DNA from: an uncultured Pirellulales bacterium
Lineage (GTDB): Bacteria > Planctomycetota > Phycisphaerae > Sedimentisphaerales > SM23-30
Direction: 5' to 3'
DNA: 37,006 nucleotides
NCBI GenBank assembly: GCA_964578395.1
Contig: CAZOCV010000001.1
Coordinates: 6,738-43,743 of the forward strand
The position numbers and the translations under genes are program-made. Position 1 is the first letter of the stretch. Every line of letters starts with the position of its first letter. This document shows, one piece after another, positions 23,640 through 31,189 of the stretch. The notes beneath the pieces were generated by a model, which saw nothing but the letters and a program-made list of their open reading frames with translations, ran no database searches and was not told the origin of the DNA.

Positions 23640-26171
23640 TTACATCTGGCCGCCGGCAGGATTGGCGGGCGCCGATGACGCTGTATTACTCGCTTTGAGT
23701 TTTAGCTTTAATTTCACGCGGAACCAGTAATCATTGTTGACCAGTTCCGGCTCGCCCTGGGCGTTCCGCACCACTTCACCTTTATCGTTATATTTATACA
23801 TTTTGCTGATCGGTTCATTGGTAAAGGGATCAACCAGAGCCGGCAGCGTTTCCACGGTGGGAGTGGTTGTTGTCGCATATCCCGGCATGGCGCCATATGT
23901 CCTCGGCGTTGTCGCCGCCGGTTTCGGCGCAAGGTTAGGAAGACCTTCCGGCAGTAAAATGGCGCTCAACACCGGCTGATCGGGCGACGCCAGCGTACTG
24001 GTTGCAACCCAGTCTCCCTGGCTGTAATCAATATAAAGTTTTTCGGGAGCTTCTTTTTCGATGCAGATTTCGAAAGGCAATGCGGGATCACCTTCGGCGG
24101 CCGGTTCGGCCGGTGCTGACGGCGCCGGTGACAGAGGAGATGCCGGAAACGTCGGCATACCCGGCGTTAACCCCGGTTTCGCCGCACTCGCTGCCGGCCT
24201 AACTGACGGCGGCCGCTGACCCAGATGGCGCAACCGCTCGAAAAAGCCCCATTGGTCCTGCTGATCCCACCCAACCTGCGGCCCCAGCAAAAACGCGCGA
24301 TAGTCCTGGTGCGGCGTGGTCCCCTCAATTACCACCACAAATCCTGGTTCCGCCGGCTTCGTGGAAAAATCGAATTGGGCGCCCGGCGTCGTTGTCCCCG
24401 GACTCATTCCCGGCGTGGGATATGCTGTCGGTGGCCTGAAGGTCCCCGGCATCATGCCCGGTTCATCCCCCATCATACCCGGCGGCATCATACCCGGCAT
24501 CATACCCGGCATCATACCAGGCATCATCATGCCCGGCATACCCATCATACCGGTCGCCCTGCCGCCCGTGCCTAAATTGCTTCGTCGTTCGGTAGCCGCC
24601 CAGGAAGCAATAATGGTTTCAAACGGCTGATGGATATTATCCGTGTAAATAATTCTGATGCTTTCCAGAAATACCTGCTCGCGCTGGTTGCGCGGCACGG
24701 CAATAACCGTGTCATAATCCCCCGCGGCGTACGCCTGATAAAACGCGGTCAAATCAGGATTGTTATTCTCGTTCGGCACACATTGACGAATCAACTGAAA
24801 CACCTTCGGCACCAGCAAGCGCGGGCCATACAGCGATTTGGGCTTTTGAATCTTGCTGACGGCGGCGGAAATTGCCGCGTTGGCCTGCTGAAATTTGGTG
24901 TTATTGGCCGTAACTCTCTGTTTGGCGCTATCCATTATTTGAAGATTGGCAACGGTCTCCGATGATTTAATATCGGCGCTGTTTTTCATCGCGCTGACCA
25001 GCATGAGCAGAGGACCCGCAATCAGTATCAGGCCCGCGGCGGCGAACCACGGCCGTTTCCGCGCCCACAAACCTTGCCGGGCGACTTCACGCGGCAGAAG
25101 ATTGCTCTGAATCGCGCCCAGCCCCAGTCCCTGCAGCGCCAATCCGTAAACCACGCCGAGATTCGGCAGATTTTCCGTAAATTGCGCCGGCGATAACTCC
25201 GGGCTGACTTGTGCGTTTTCAAAGTTTTCCAAACGCTTGACCGGCAAGGACAGACTTTGCTGGAGAAACTTCAGCAGACCGGGCAGCTTCATGGCGTTTC
25301 CCAGCGCCAAAACTTCGCGGAACTGAACCTCCCGGCTGCCGCTGGAATAAAAACCCAGGGATCGCTGGATTTCGGCCGCCAGATCGGCAAACACCGAACG
25401 CATCGCCTGGAATATCTGCCGGGCGTATTTACTCGTGCTGGCCGTACGCTTCAGAGCCTCCGCCTTGGCGAAACTGAGTTTAAATGCTTTTTGAATCGCC
25501 GAAGTAAAATGCCCGCCGCCAATGGGAATGCTTCTCTGCCACACCCGCTGCCCATCGGCGATAACCAGTTCAGTGTTATCCGAACCGATATCCAGAGCAA
25601 TCACGGCCTGCTTGCCGGCGACTTCCTGCAGCCGCTTATGGTCGTAATTGAGAAAATTATACAAGGCCATAGGCGTCATCTGCACCATTTGCACCGGACA
25701 ACGTGTCTGGTTAAACGGCTCCAGGGCCGTCCGCACCAGATCCCGCTTGACGGCGAAAATCCCCACTTCAATATCAGGGCTGGTTTCCGTCTGGAAAAGC
25801 TGCCAATCCCATTCCACCTCGCTGATTTCAAAAGGAATCTGCTGAATGGCTTCAAAACGTACAATTTCCGGAATGCGTTTCTTTTCCACAGGCGGCAATT
25901 TGATAAATCGCGCAAAACTGCTCTGGCCGGGAACGCTTACAACGACGTTGGTTCCGCGCACCTCGTGCTCTTCCAGAAATCGCCCCAGGGCCGCAGTTAC
26001 CATTTCCGCCCGTTCCGCGGGAGTGACGTCGGATTGCGATAGAATTTTTTCATGTTCGATTACCGCAAAATCAACGACCTCGACGCTATCGGCGGTTCGG
26101 CGCAGCTTGATAGCCTTAAGGTTACAGTTACCGACATTAATGCCCCATGCCATTTTACCGGTCTTTGCCAT
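23640..26171 (-). CDS. pilM: type IV pilus assembly PilM-PilN fusion protein with ~450-aa C-terminal extension containing a (PGMM)n tract
   Basis: The N-terminus is actin-like PilM (WGINVGNCNLKAIKL; VIALDIGSDNTELVIADG..IPIGGGHFT). Then come the PilN-type NLLPRE motif and a TM helix (PWFAAAGLILIAGPLLMLV). A long Pro/Met/Gly-rich region with no recognisable domain follows, ending in KLKLKLK. RBS GAAAGG precedes the start. Confidence 0.8.
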   Translation of the reverse strand: MAKTGKMAWGINVGNCNLKAIKLRRTADSVEVVDFAVIEHEKILSQSDVTPAERAEMVTAALGRFLEEHEVRGTNVVVSVPGQSSFARFIKLPPVEKKRIPEIVRFEAIQQIPFEISEVEWDWQLFQTETSPDIEVGIFAVKRDLVRTALEPFNQTRCPVQMVQMTPMALYNFLNYDHKRLQEVAGKQAVIALDIGSDNTELVIADGQRVWQRSIPIGGGHFTSAIQKAFKLSFAKAEALKRTASTSKYARQIFQAMRSVFADLAAEIQRSLGFYSSGSREVQFREVLALGNAMKLPGLLKFLQQSLSLPVKRLENFENAQVSPELSPAQFTENLPNLGVVYGLALQGLGLGAIQSNLLPREVARQGLWARKRPWFAAAGLILIAGPLLMLVSAMKNSADIKSSETVANLQIMDSAKQRVTANNTKFQQANAAISAAVSKIQKPKSLYGPRLLVPKVFQLIRQCVPNENNNPDLTAFYQAYAAGDYDTVIAVPRNQREQVFLESIRIIYTDNIHQPFETIIASWAATERRSNLGTGGRATGMMGMPGMMMPGMMPGMMPGMMPPGMMGDEPGMMPGTFRPPTAYPTPGMSPGTTTPGAQFDFSTKPAEPGFVVVIEGTTPHQDYRAFLLGPQVGWDQQDQWGFFERLRHLGQRPPSVRPAASAAKPGLTPGMPTFPASPLSPAPSAPAEPAAEGDPALPFEICIEKEAPEKLYIDYSQGDWVATSTLASPDQPVLSAILLPEGLPNLAPKPAATTPRTYGAMPGYATTTTPTVETLPALVDPFTNEPISKMYKYNDKGEVVRNAQGEPELVNNDYWFRVKLKLKLKASNTASSAPANPAGGQM
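24444..24551 (-). repeat. 12-nt tandem repeat CATCATnCCnGG (encodes PGMM units), tract C
   Basis: It encodes GMMGMPGMMMPGMMPGMMPGMMPPGMMGDEPGMMPG inside the PilMN fusion. Confidence 0.9.
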
Positions 26172-26496
26172 GATTTAACCTTTCCGGTTCCTTCAGGTTC
26201 GGGGAAGCTCGCGTTGTCCACTTTTCCGTTGCCCCAAAAATATACTAACGCCTCTTTGCCCAAAATTCCAGTCGAATATCGCTCTTCGCGTATGGGTTTT
26301 ATGCAACTTTTATAAGCCGATGAACGGCCTGGCTCCATAATAACAGGCCTGGCGGACCGCCCAGCAGCAATTTATTACAAGCCATTATATAATAAATGCT
26401 TAAACAAATTGCAATAGGCTACACCTTAGGCCATTTCTATGTCTGGCCAAATATATTAAAACAAGAGGAGATTAACGAAGAAATGCAAAAAAACAA

Positions 26497-26943
26497 TTAT
26501 TGGGGACGCCCCTGAAGACGGCTAATTTCCTGGCGAGCTTGGGATAATGTCAAACCCAGCCCCCGAAGGATTTTTTCCGCGATACAATCGGTCTCGCGCA
26601 GCAAACCCAGCAAAAGAAATTCGGTGCCGACTTTCTTTTGGCGGACCAGTTCGGCCTCTTCGATGGCATTGGCTATCACCTGCTTAAAGTGGGGAGAACC
26701 CGGCAAACGGCCAAAAACCCATGTGTCTTCCGAACTGCTGCGGTTCACCTGCTGAATGGATTCCTTTAATAATTCTAACGTAATGCCTGCATTTTGAAGC
26801 ACTTGCGCACCCAACCCCAAACCGTGCTCCATGATCCCCAGCAGGACATGTTCGGTGCCGACATAGTCCAGATGCGCACGCCGGGCTATTTCATCGGCAA
26901 GTTTGATGACTTCCTTGGCGGTTTCTGATAAATGCTGATACAA
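26497..26943 (-). CDS. stand-alone Clp N-terminal (Clp_N double repeat) domain protein
   Basis: Two Clp_N repeats are present (YVGTEHVLLGIMEHG..AQVLQNAGITLELL and KVGTEFLLLGLLRETD..EKILRGLGLTLSQA). TTG at 26943 has a GGGAGG RBS 5 nt upstream. The track ATG at 27000 would overlap the upstream gene by 28 nt. Confidence 0.8.
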   Translation of the reverse strand: MYQHLSETAKEVIKLADEIARRAHLDYVGTEHVLLGIMEHGLGLGAQVLQNAGITLELLKESIQQVNRSSSEDTWVFGRLPGSPHFKQVIANAIEEAELVRQKKVGTEFLLLGLLRETDCIAEKILRGLGLTLSQARQEISRLQGRPQ

Positions 26944-26972
26944 AATAACCTCCCACCGCCGGTGCAACCTAA

Positions 26973-28667
26973 TCAGGGAGTAATTTTCATCGCCCGGCAA
27001 ATTTCCGTCATTAACTGGTCCACTTTAAACGGTTTATAGAGCACGGCGGACAGCCCTTCCTTGTTAGCGCGAACAATGGAATGATTGGGATCATAGCCAA
27101 AACCGGTCATTAAAATCACCGCCATCTCCTGATCGACATTGCGGGCGGCGGAAAAAATTTCATAACCCGTGGCAAAGGGCAATTTAATGTCGGAAAGCAC
27201 CAGATGGTATTTCTGCCGGGCCAGCAAAGCCAGCGCCTCGCGGCCGTCACGGGCGGTATCTACAACCGCACCATATTTTATCATCACATCCGCAATGGTG
27301 CGACGGATAAACTGTTCATCATCAACGACCAGAACCTTTTTACCCTCCAATACCGCCTTGACCGATGGCTCCACATCGCCGGCCCCGCCCAAAATACCCT
27401 GCCGGGGCGCGGAACGCACGTCCTTGACAATGGTTTTGGCCTCCGTTACATGATCGATAATCTCCTGTAACCGATGCCGCAGATCGTCGTGTCCGATATA
27501 TTCCTCCATCAAAAGCGACACTTCCGTGAGAATCTGGCTCAGCGGTTCATTGATACGCTCGTGGAGATTTTCCGCAGCCTGATCGGTGGTCTTGAATCGC
27601 TCCACCACCAGGAGATTGAGGATATTGAGGGCCAGGGCGATATAACGCCCGAATATTTCCGCCACCTGCCGGTCATCCTCACCGAAAGCCGCTTCATGGT
27701 GGCTTTCCACGTTCATAGTGCCAATAATATGATCGTGCAGACGCAACGGCACCGTCAGGCTGGACCGAGCGCCATCAAGTCCCGATATGTAATGCTCGTC
27801 CGTCTCCGGTTTATTGCAGATATAGCTGCGTCCCGTGGCGGCGACATAACCGGTAATACCGTTATTGTGGATATTGGCGAAAATTTCCGTGCGCTCATCG
27901 CCTTCCAATCCCACACCAAACAGCACTTCCAACTGATTCGTTTTACGGTTGAGCAAACGAATCACAAAATGATCGAAATTAAGCAATTCCCGGGCGTAAC
28001 GAATGATTTTATCCTGCAGCAGGCGAATACGCTGCTCAACATTCATATTGGCCAGCGATTCCGCATCGAGACGAACCAGCTCCCGTCCCGCCTGATCAAT
28101 GGCATTAATGCGCTGCTGCAAGCGCCGGCTGGCGGTCTCCTCCCAGATGACCGTGGCCACCTGGGTCATTTTTCCCTGCACCTCCATCATAGGCGCCACA
28201 ATCATTTCGAAGTATCGGTCGTTGGCGTCATCCACAAAAGAGTAACGCCGGGGACGAACCTGCTGGGGGTCCAGACCGGGTTGGCGCTGAAACAAATCCG
28301 CAAACGTCTCATACCCGTGGCGACTCCGCAGGGCGACTCCCTGACGGACATCCTCGCTGAATTCGGCCATTTTGCGGTTTGCCCAGAGTATGACACCATC
28401 GCCATCCACCAGACAAACGCCTTCGCCGATGGTGTTCAGTATGGCCACCGCCTGCTGGCTGACCACCGCCCGTTCCAGGGGCAGAAAATCGCCCGTCCGA
28501 CAGACTACCAAATCAAAAGGCCCCTCACGAAGCATGTACAAGGCCTGTTCGAGGTTTTCGGCGGTATGCACCTCAAACGCCTCCCCCAGCAAGTTGAGAA
28601 CATCCCCATCAGGAGCATTGGGCCCCTGAAACACTAACGCTTTACGCTGACCGGTTTTACGTTCCAT
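26973..28667 (-). CDS. multidomain signalling protein: degenerate receiver - PAS - GAF - HisKA-like DHp - receiver; no HATPase domain and no output domain
   Basis: The C-terminal REC is KKVLVVDDE..HLVLSDIKLP..AVILMTG..YKPF, with acceptor Asp codon 27189-27191. The GAF-like region is GITGYVAATGRSYI..LTVPLRLHDHIIGTMNVES, and the PAS-like region is AILNTIGEGVCLVDGDGVILWANR. An H-box-like LHERINEPLSQI has its His codon at 27561-27563. The N-terminal REC-like fold has Cys at the acceptor position (FDLVVCR). No N/G1/G2 ATP-binding boxes are present. Confidence 0.8.
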   Translation of the reverse strand: MERKTGQRKALVFQGPNAPDGDVLNLLGEAFEVHTAENLEQALYMLREGPFDLVVCRTGDFLPLERAVVSQQAVAILNTIGEGVCLVDGDGVILWANRKMAEFSEDVRQGVALRSRHGYETFADLFQRQPGLDPQQVRPRRYSFVDDANDRYFEMIVAPMMEVQGKMTQVATVIWEETASRRLQQRINAIDQAGRELVRLDAESLANMNVEQRIRLLQDKIIRYARELLNFDHFVIRLLNRKTNQLEVLFGVGLEGDERTEIFANIHNNGITGYVAATGRSYICNKPETDEHYISGLDGARSSLTVPLRLHDHIIGTMNVESHHEAAFGEDDRQVAEIFGRYIALALNILNLLVVERFKTTDQAAENLHERINEPLSQILTEVSLLMEEYIGHDDLRHRLQEIIDHVTEAKTIVKDVRSAPRQGILGGAGDVEPSVKAVLEGKKVLVVDDEQFIRRTIADVMIKYGAVVDTARDGREALALLARQKYHLVLSDIKLPFATGYEIFSAARNVDQEMAVILMTGFGYDPNHSIVRANKEGLSAVLYKPFKVDQLMTEICRAMKITP

Positions 28668-28826
28668 ATCGGCCTTTTCTCGGGACTATCTCTAAACCGC
28701 TGTACACTCTCGGGCGCAATCCAGGATAGTTTATAAGCTCACCTCATGTTAGTGGAGTTGCCGCAAAAAACCAATGTCGATTTTCGGGGGCGGATAAGCC
28801 CGTCAGAAAGCCATCCAGGAATGAAT

Positions 28827-28860
28827 CGGCCCGGCCGGGGTGTAAATCCCGGTCGGGCCG
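28827..28860 (-). terminator. GC-rich hairpin downstream of the recombinase gene (possible terminator)
   Basis: It is a 13-bp stem, CGGCCCGGCCGGG / CCCGGTCGGGCCG, with one G-T position and an 8-nt loop. The U-tract on the minus strand is weak. Confidence 0.3.
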
Positions 28861-28934
28861 GTTTCTCTCAATACCTCTCAGGCTTTTTGAACTAATTCTG
28901 CCCTACCTTATAGTTGTTTCCGGCCTATTGGGGA

Positions 28935-29924
28935 TTACAGGGTTCCGCGAGGATGCGATTCCTCATAAACTTCTTTCATCCGGCTGGTGGTCAGGTGCGT
29001 ATAAACCTGGGTAGTGCTTAGCGATTGATGCCCCAGAAGTTCCTGCACCACGCGCAAATCGGCGCCGTTGTTGAGCATGTGCGTGGCAAACGTGTGCCGC
29101 AGCGTATGGGGACTGATGCGGGGATCCAAACCCGCCTGCTGCAGATACTTATCGAGTTTACGACGCACGGACCGCGTGCTAAGCCGCTGGCCGTGCTTAT
29201 TAACGAACAGGGCCTGCTGGTCAAAGCGTCCCTTGCGGGGGTCGGCGTCACGGTACGTTAAATAGCGCTGAATGGCCTGCAGGGCGCCGGCACCAATCGG
29301 CGTCAGCCGCTCCTTCTTGCCTTTGCCGCGAACATGAAGCACTTCACCCAGAAAATCCACGTCACTGAGGTTTAGTTCCACCAGTTCGCTTACCCTTAAA
29401 CCGCTGCTGTAAAGCGTCTCCAAAATCGCTCGATCGCGCGCGCCCAGCATATCGCCGGTGTCAGGACAGTTCAGAAGAGCATTAATCTGCTCAAGGCTCA
29501 GAAAACGCGGCAGGGTTTTTTCCTGCTTGGGCGTACGAATGGCCGCCACAGGACTGGTTTCCACGTGGCCGCGGCGCACCAGAAATTTATAAAAACTGCG
29601 CAGCGTGGCCAGCTTTCGGGCGGATGTGGCCTTGGAGTACTGCTGCTCATGCAGGTAGGCCATATACGCACGTATCAAATTCACATCCGCCTGGATGATG
29701 CGCGTACTCAAATCCACTCCCGCCACGGTGGCCGTAGCGGTGTTATGGTTTGAGGTATCGAAACCGGCTTGCGAAGACGAAGCCTGTTCCGATGAGCTTT
29801 GCGCCAGCCATTGGGTGTATTGCTGCAAATCAGCGTGATAACACTTGGCGGTATGACCGGAAAAATGCCGTTCGTAATTCAGATATTCCAGAAACTCGCG
29901 TACGATATTAGGATGCTCCAGCAT
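28935..29924 (-). CDS. xerC: site-specific tyrosine recombinase, XerC/XerD family
   Basis: The C-terminal catalytic pattern is HTLRHTFATHML..GADLRVVQELLGHQSLSTTQVYTH, and ARDRAILETLYSSGLRVSELV carries the catalytic Arg. The N-terminal SAM-like core-binding region is interrupted by a Ser/Thr-rich insert. XerC versus XerD cannot be resolved by eye. Confidence 0.8.
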   Translation of the reverse strand: MLEHPNIVREFLEYLNYERHFSGHTAKCYHADLQQYTQWLAQSSSEQASSSQAGFDTSNHNTATATVAGVDLSTRIIQADVNLIRAYMAYLHEQQYSKATSARKLATLRSFYKFLVRRGHVETSPVAAIRTPKQEKTLPRFLSLEQINALLNCPDTGDMLGARDRAILETLYSSGLRVSELVELNLSDVDFLGEVLHVRGKGKKERLTPIGAGALQAIQRYLTYRDADPRKGRFDQQALFVNKHGQRLSTRSVRRKLDKYLQQAGLDPRISPHTLRHTFATHMLNNGADLRVVQELLGHQSLSTTQVYTHLTTSRMKEVYEESHPRGTL

Positions 29925-30121
29925 GGTTTTGCTATCTCACGGCGAAAGGTTTTTTGTGTCCGGGAACATCAGGCTCCCGCTTTTTTATTGTCCGCATCGC
30001 CGATAGGGTCATATCCGCCATGCGAAACACCATCATGTCGCCGGATGGTCGGCCGGACGGCGTAGCGCACGCCTCATTCCGGCCAGAACCGCTCTGGCAA
30101 CCAAATTATCGAGCCGACCGA

Positions 30122-30373
30122 CTAGGGCGCCGAAGATTCGTTGGCTTGCCGCCGCACGTCCTGGAGCGGGCATAACAGCCGGTCGGCTTCATCCACCAGA
30201 TGCTTGCTGAGCTGAAAACTCAGCACCGCTGCATCAAACCAGTCAAATTTATTGGCCTTGTCATTGGCCATATGGATAAAAGCATCGAGGACTTGTTCTT
30301 CGCTGCCGGGTTCGTAGCGAAAAACAAAACGCTCCTCACCTTTGACCAACAATAATTCTTTTTGCTCGGTCAT
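30122..30373 (-). CDS. small hypothetical protein (83 aa)
   Basis: There is a strong RBS (AAGGA) upstream of the ATG, and the gene lies 17 nt downstream of the lipoprotein gene stop. The product is acidic and soluble, with no motif I recognise. Confidence 0.6.
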   Translation of the reverse strand: MTEQKELLLVKGEERFVFRYEPGSEEQVLDAFIHMANDKANKFDWFDAAVLSFQLSKHLVDEADRLLCPLQDVRRQANESSAP

Positions 30374-30390
30374 CCGAACATCCTTCTTGC

Positions 30391-31143
30391 TTACTCTCGG
30401 GATTGGCGTATCCGAAGTTTTTCCTGAGCCAGCAATTCACCAATCATTTCATGCGCGACAAACCGCAGATAATTGCGCCGGGTAGCCTGTTTGCGCCACT
30501 GCATGGGAGTGGCCTCGCCGCCGCGCTGGCGGCTATAGGTCTTCAGCCGCTCAATGACATCATCCTTGCCGGCGTCATAAATTCGCACCACCATCGCCTG
30601 CGGCGTGAGCGGATGGCCGCCGCCCAATTCAAACGTCGTGGGCATTCGCGATAAATCCCAGGGCTGCGGTGGAGCCGTTTCTTCCGCGGATTCGGTTTTG
30701 GCCGCGTGCTGCACCCTGCCGTACACCTGCACAATCATTCCCATCACGGGCGGCCAGTACGGATCGTATCGCGTAACCGCCCCGACAATCACACCATCGA
30801 CCTGGAGATGATCGGCCAATCGCACGGCATCATCGGGACTGCGAACCCCGGCCATATGCAACTCGTCCATCGCCTCGAGCACCCGATTTACCGGCATGAC
30901 TTCCAGTCCCGGCACCTGCTGCAATTCGGTGTAAAACTCATCGGTCACCACCACGGTATCAAGGGCATCACTGCCGGATTGATTCATAAAGACGGTGACC
31001 GCCAGGCTGCGTGGTTCGTCATAGGGGCTGGCATAAAGCCAAACCCTATCCTCGGCTTTTGGTCCAGATTTACAACCCAAGAGCCAGACGACCATTACAG
31101 CCTGCGTCATCAGCAGCAGGTATCGGCGATTTCCGGAGTTCAT
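30391..31143 (-). CDS. lipoprotein, CsgG/LpoB/TolB-N-like fold suspected
   Basis: It has a signal peptide with a lipobox (VVWLLGC). SLAVTVFMNQSGSDALDTVVVTDEFYTELQQVPGLEVMP resembles the N-terminal alpha/beta module of LpoB/CsgG-type lipoproteins. Confidence 0.6.
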   Translation of the reverse strand: MNSGNRRYLLLMTQAVMVVWLLGCKSGPKAEDRVWLYASPYDEPRSLAVTVFMNQSGSDALDTVVVTDEFYTELQQVPGLEVMPVNRVLEAMDELHMAGVRSPDDAVRLADHLQVDGVIVGAVTRYDPYWPPVMGMIVQVYGRVQHAAKTESAEETAPPQPWDLSRMPTTFELGGGHPLTPQAMVVRIYDAGKDDVIERLKTYSRQRGGEATPMQWRKQATRRNYLRFVAHEMIGELLAQEKLRIRQSRE

Positions 31144-31189
31144 GAGGTTCGTCGCTATTTACTTGTTGAAAAAGCACTTATGTTAAAGG

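Noticed and set aside
20386-24551. Short tandem repeats, considered as a possible CRISPR-like or minisatellite array.
   Set aside because: The units are 12 nt with no spacers, lie in-frame inside long ORFs and encode PGMM. They are coding low-complexity repeats, not CRISPR.
27474-28637. Long antisense ORFs. Examples are 387 aa at 27474-28637 (+), 303 aa at 13159-14070 (-), 253 aa at 8833-9594 (-), 311 aa at 22088-23023 (+), 277 aa at 25209-26042 (+), 286 aa at 20476-21336 (+), 292 aa at 21403-22281 (+), 245 aa at 17111-17848 (-) and 271 aa at 632-1447 (-).
   Set aside because: Each lies entirely opposite an ORF with clear family motifs. Their translations are low-complexity and Arg/His/Gly-rich with no motifs, and they lack an RBS. 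These are typical shadow ORFs of GC-biased coding sequence.
28668-30121. The recombinase was considered as a marker of an integrated element, genomic island or integron.
   Set aside because: There are no direct repeats, no tRNA target, no attC-like sites, no cassette array and no phage or conjugation genes on either side. The neighbouring genes are ordinary envelope and signalling genes.
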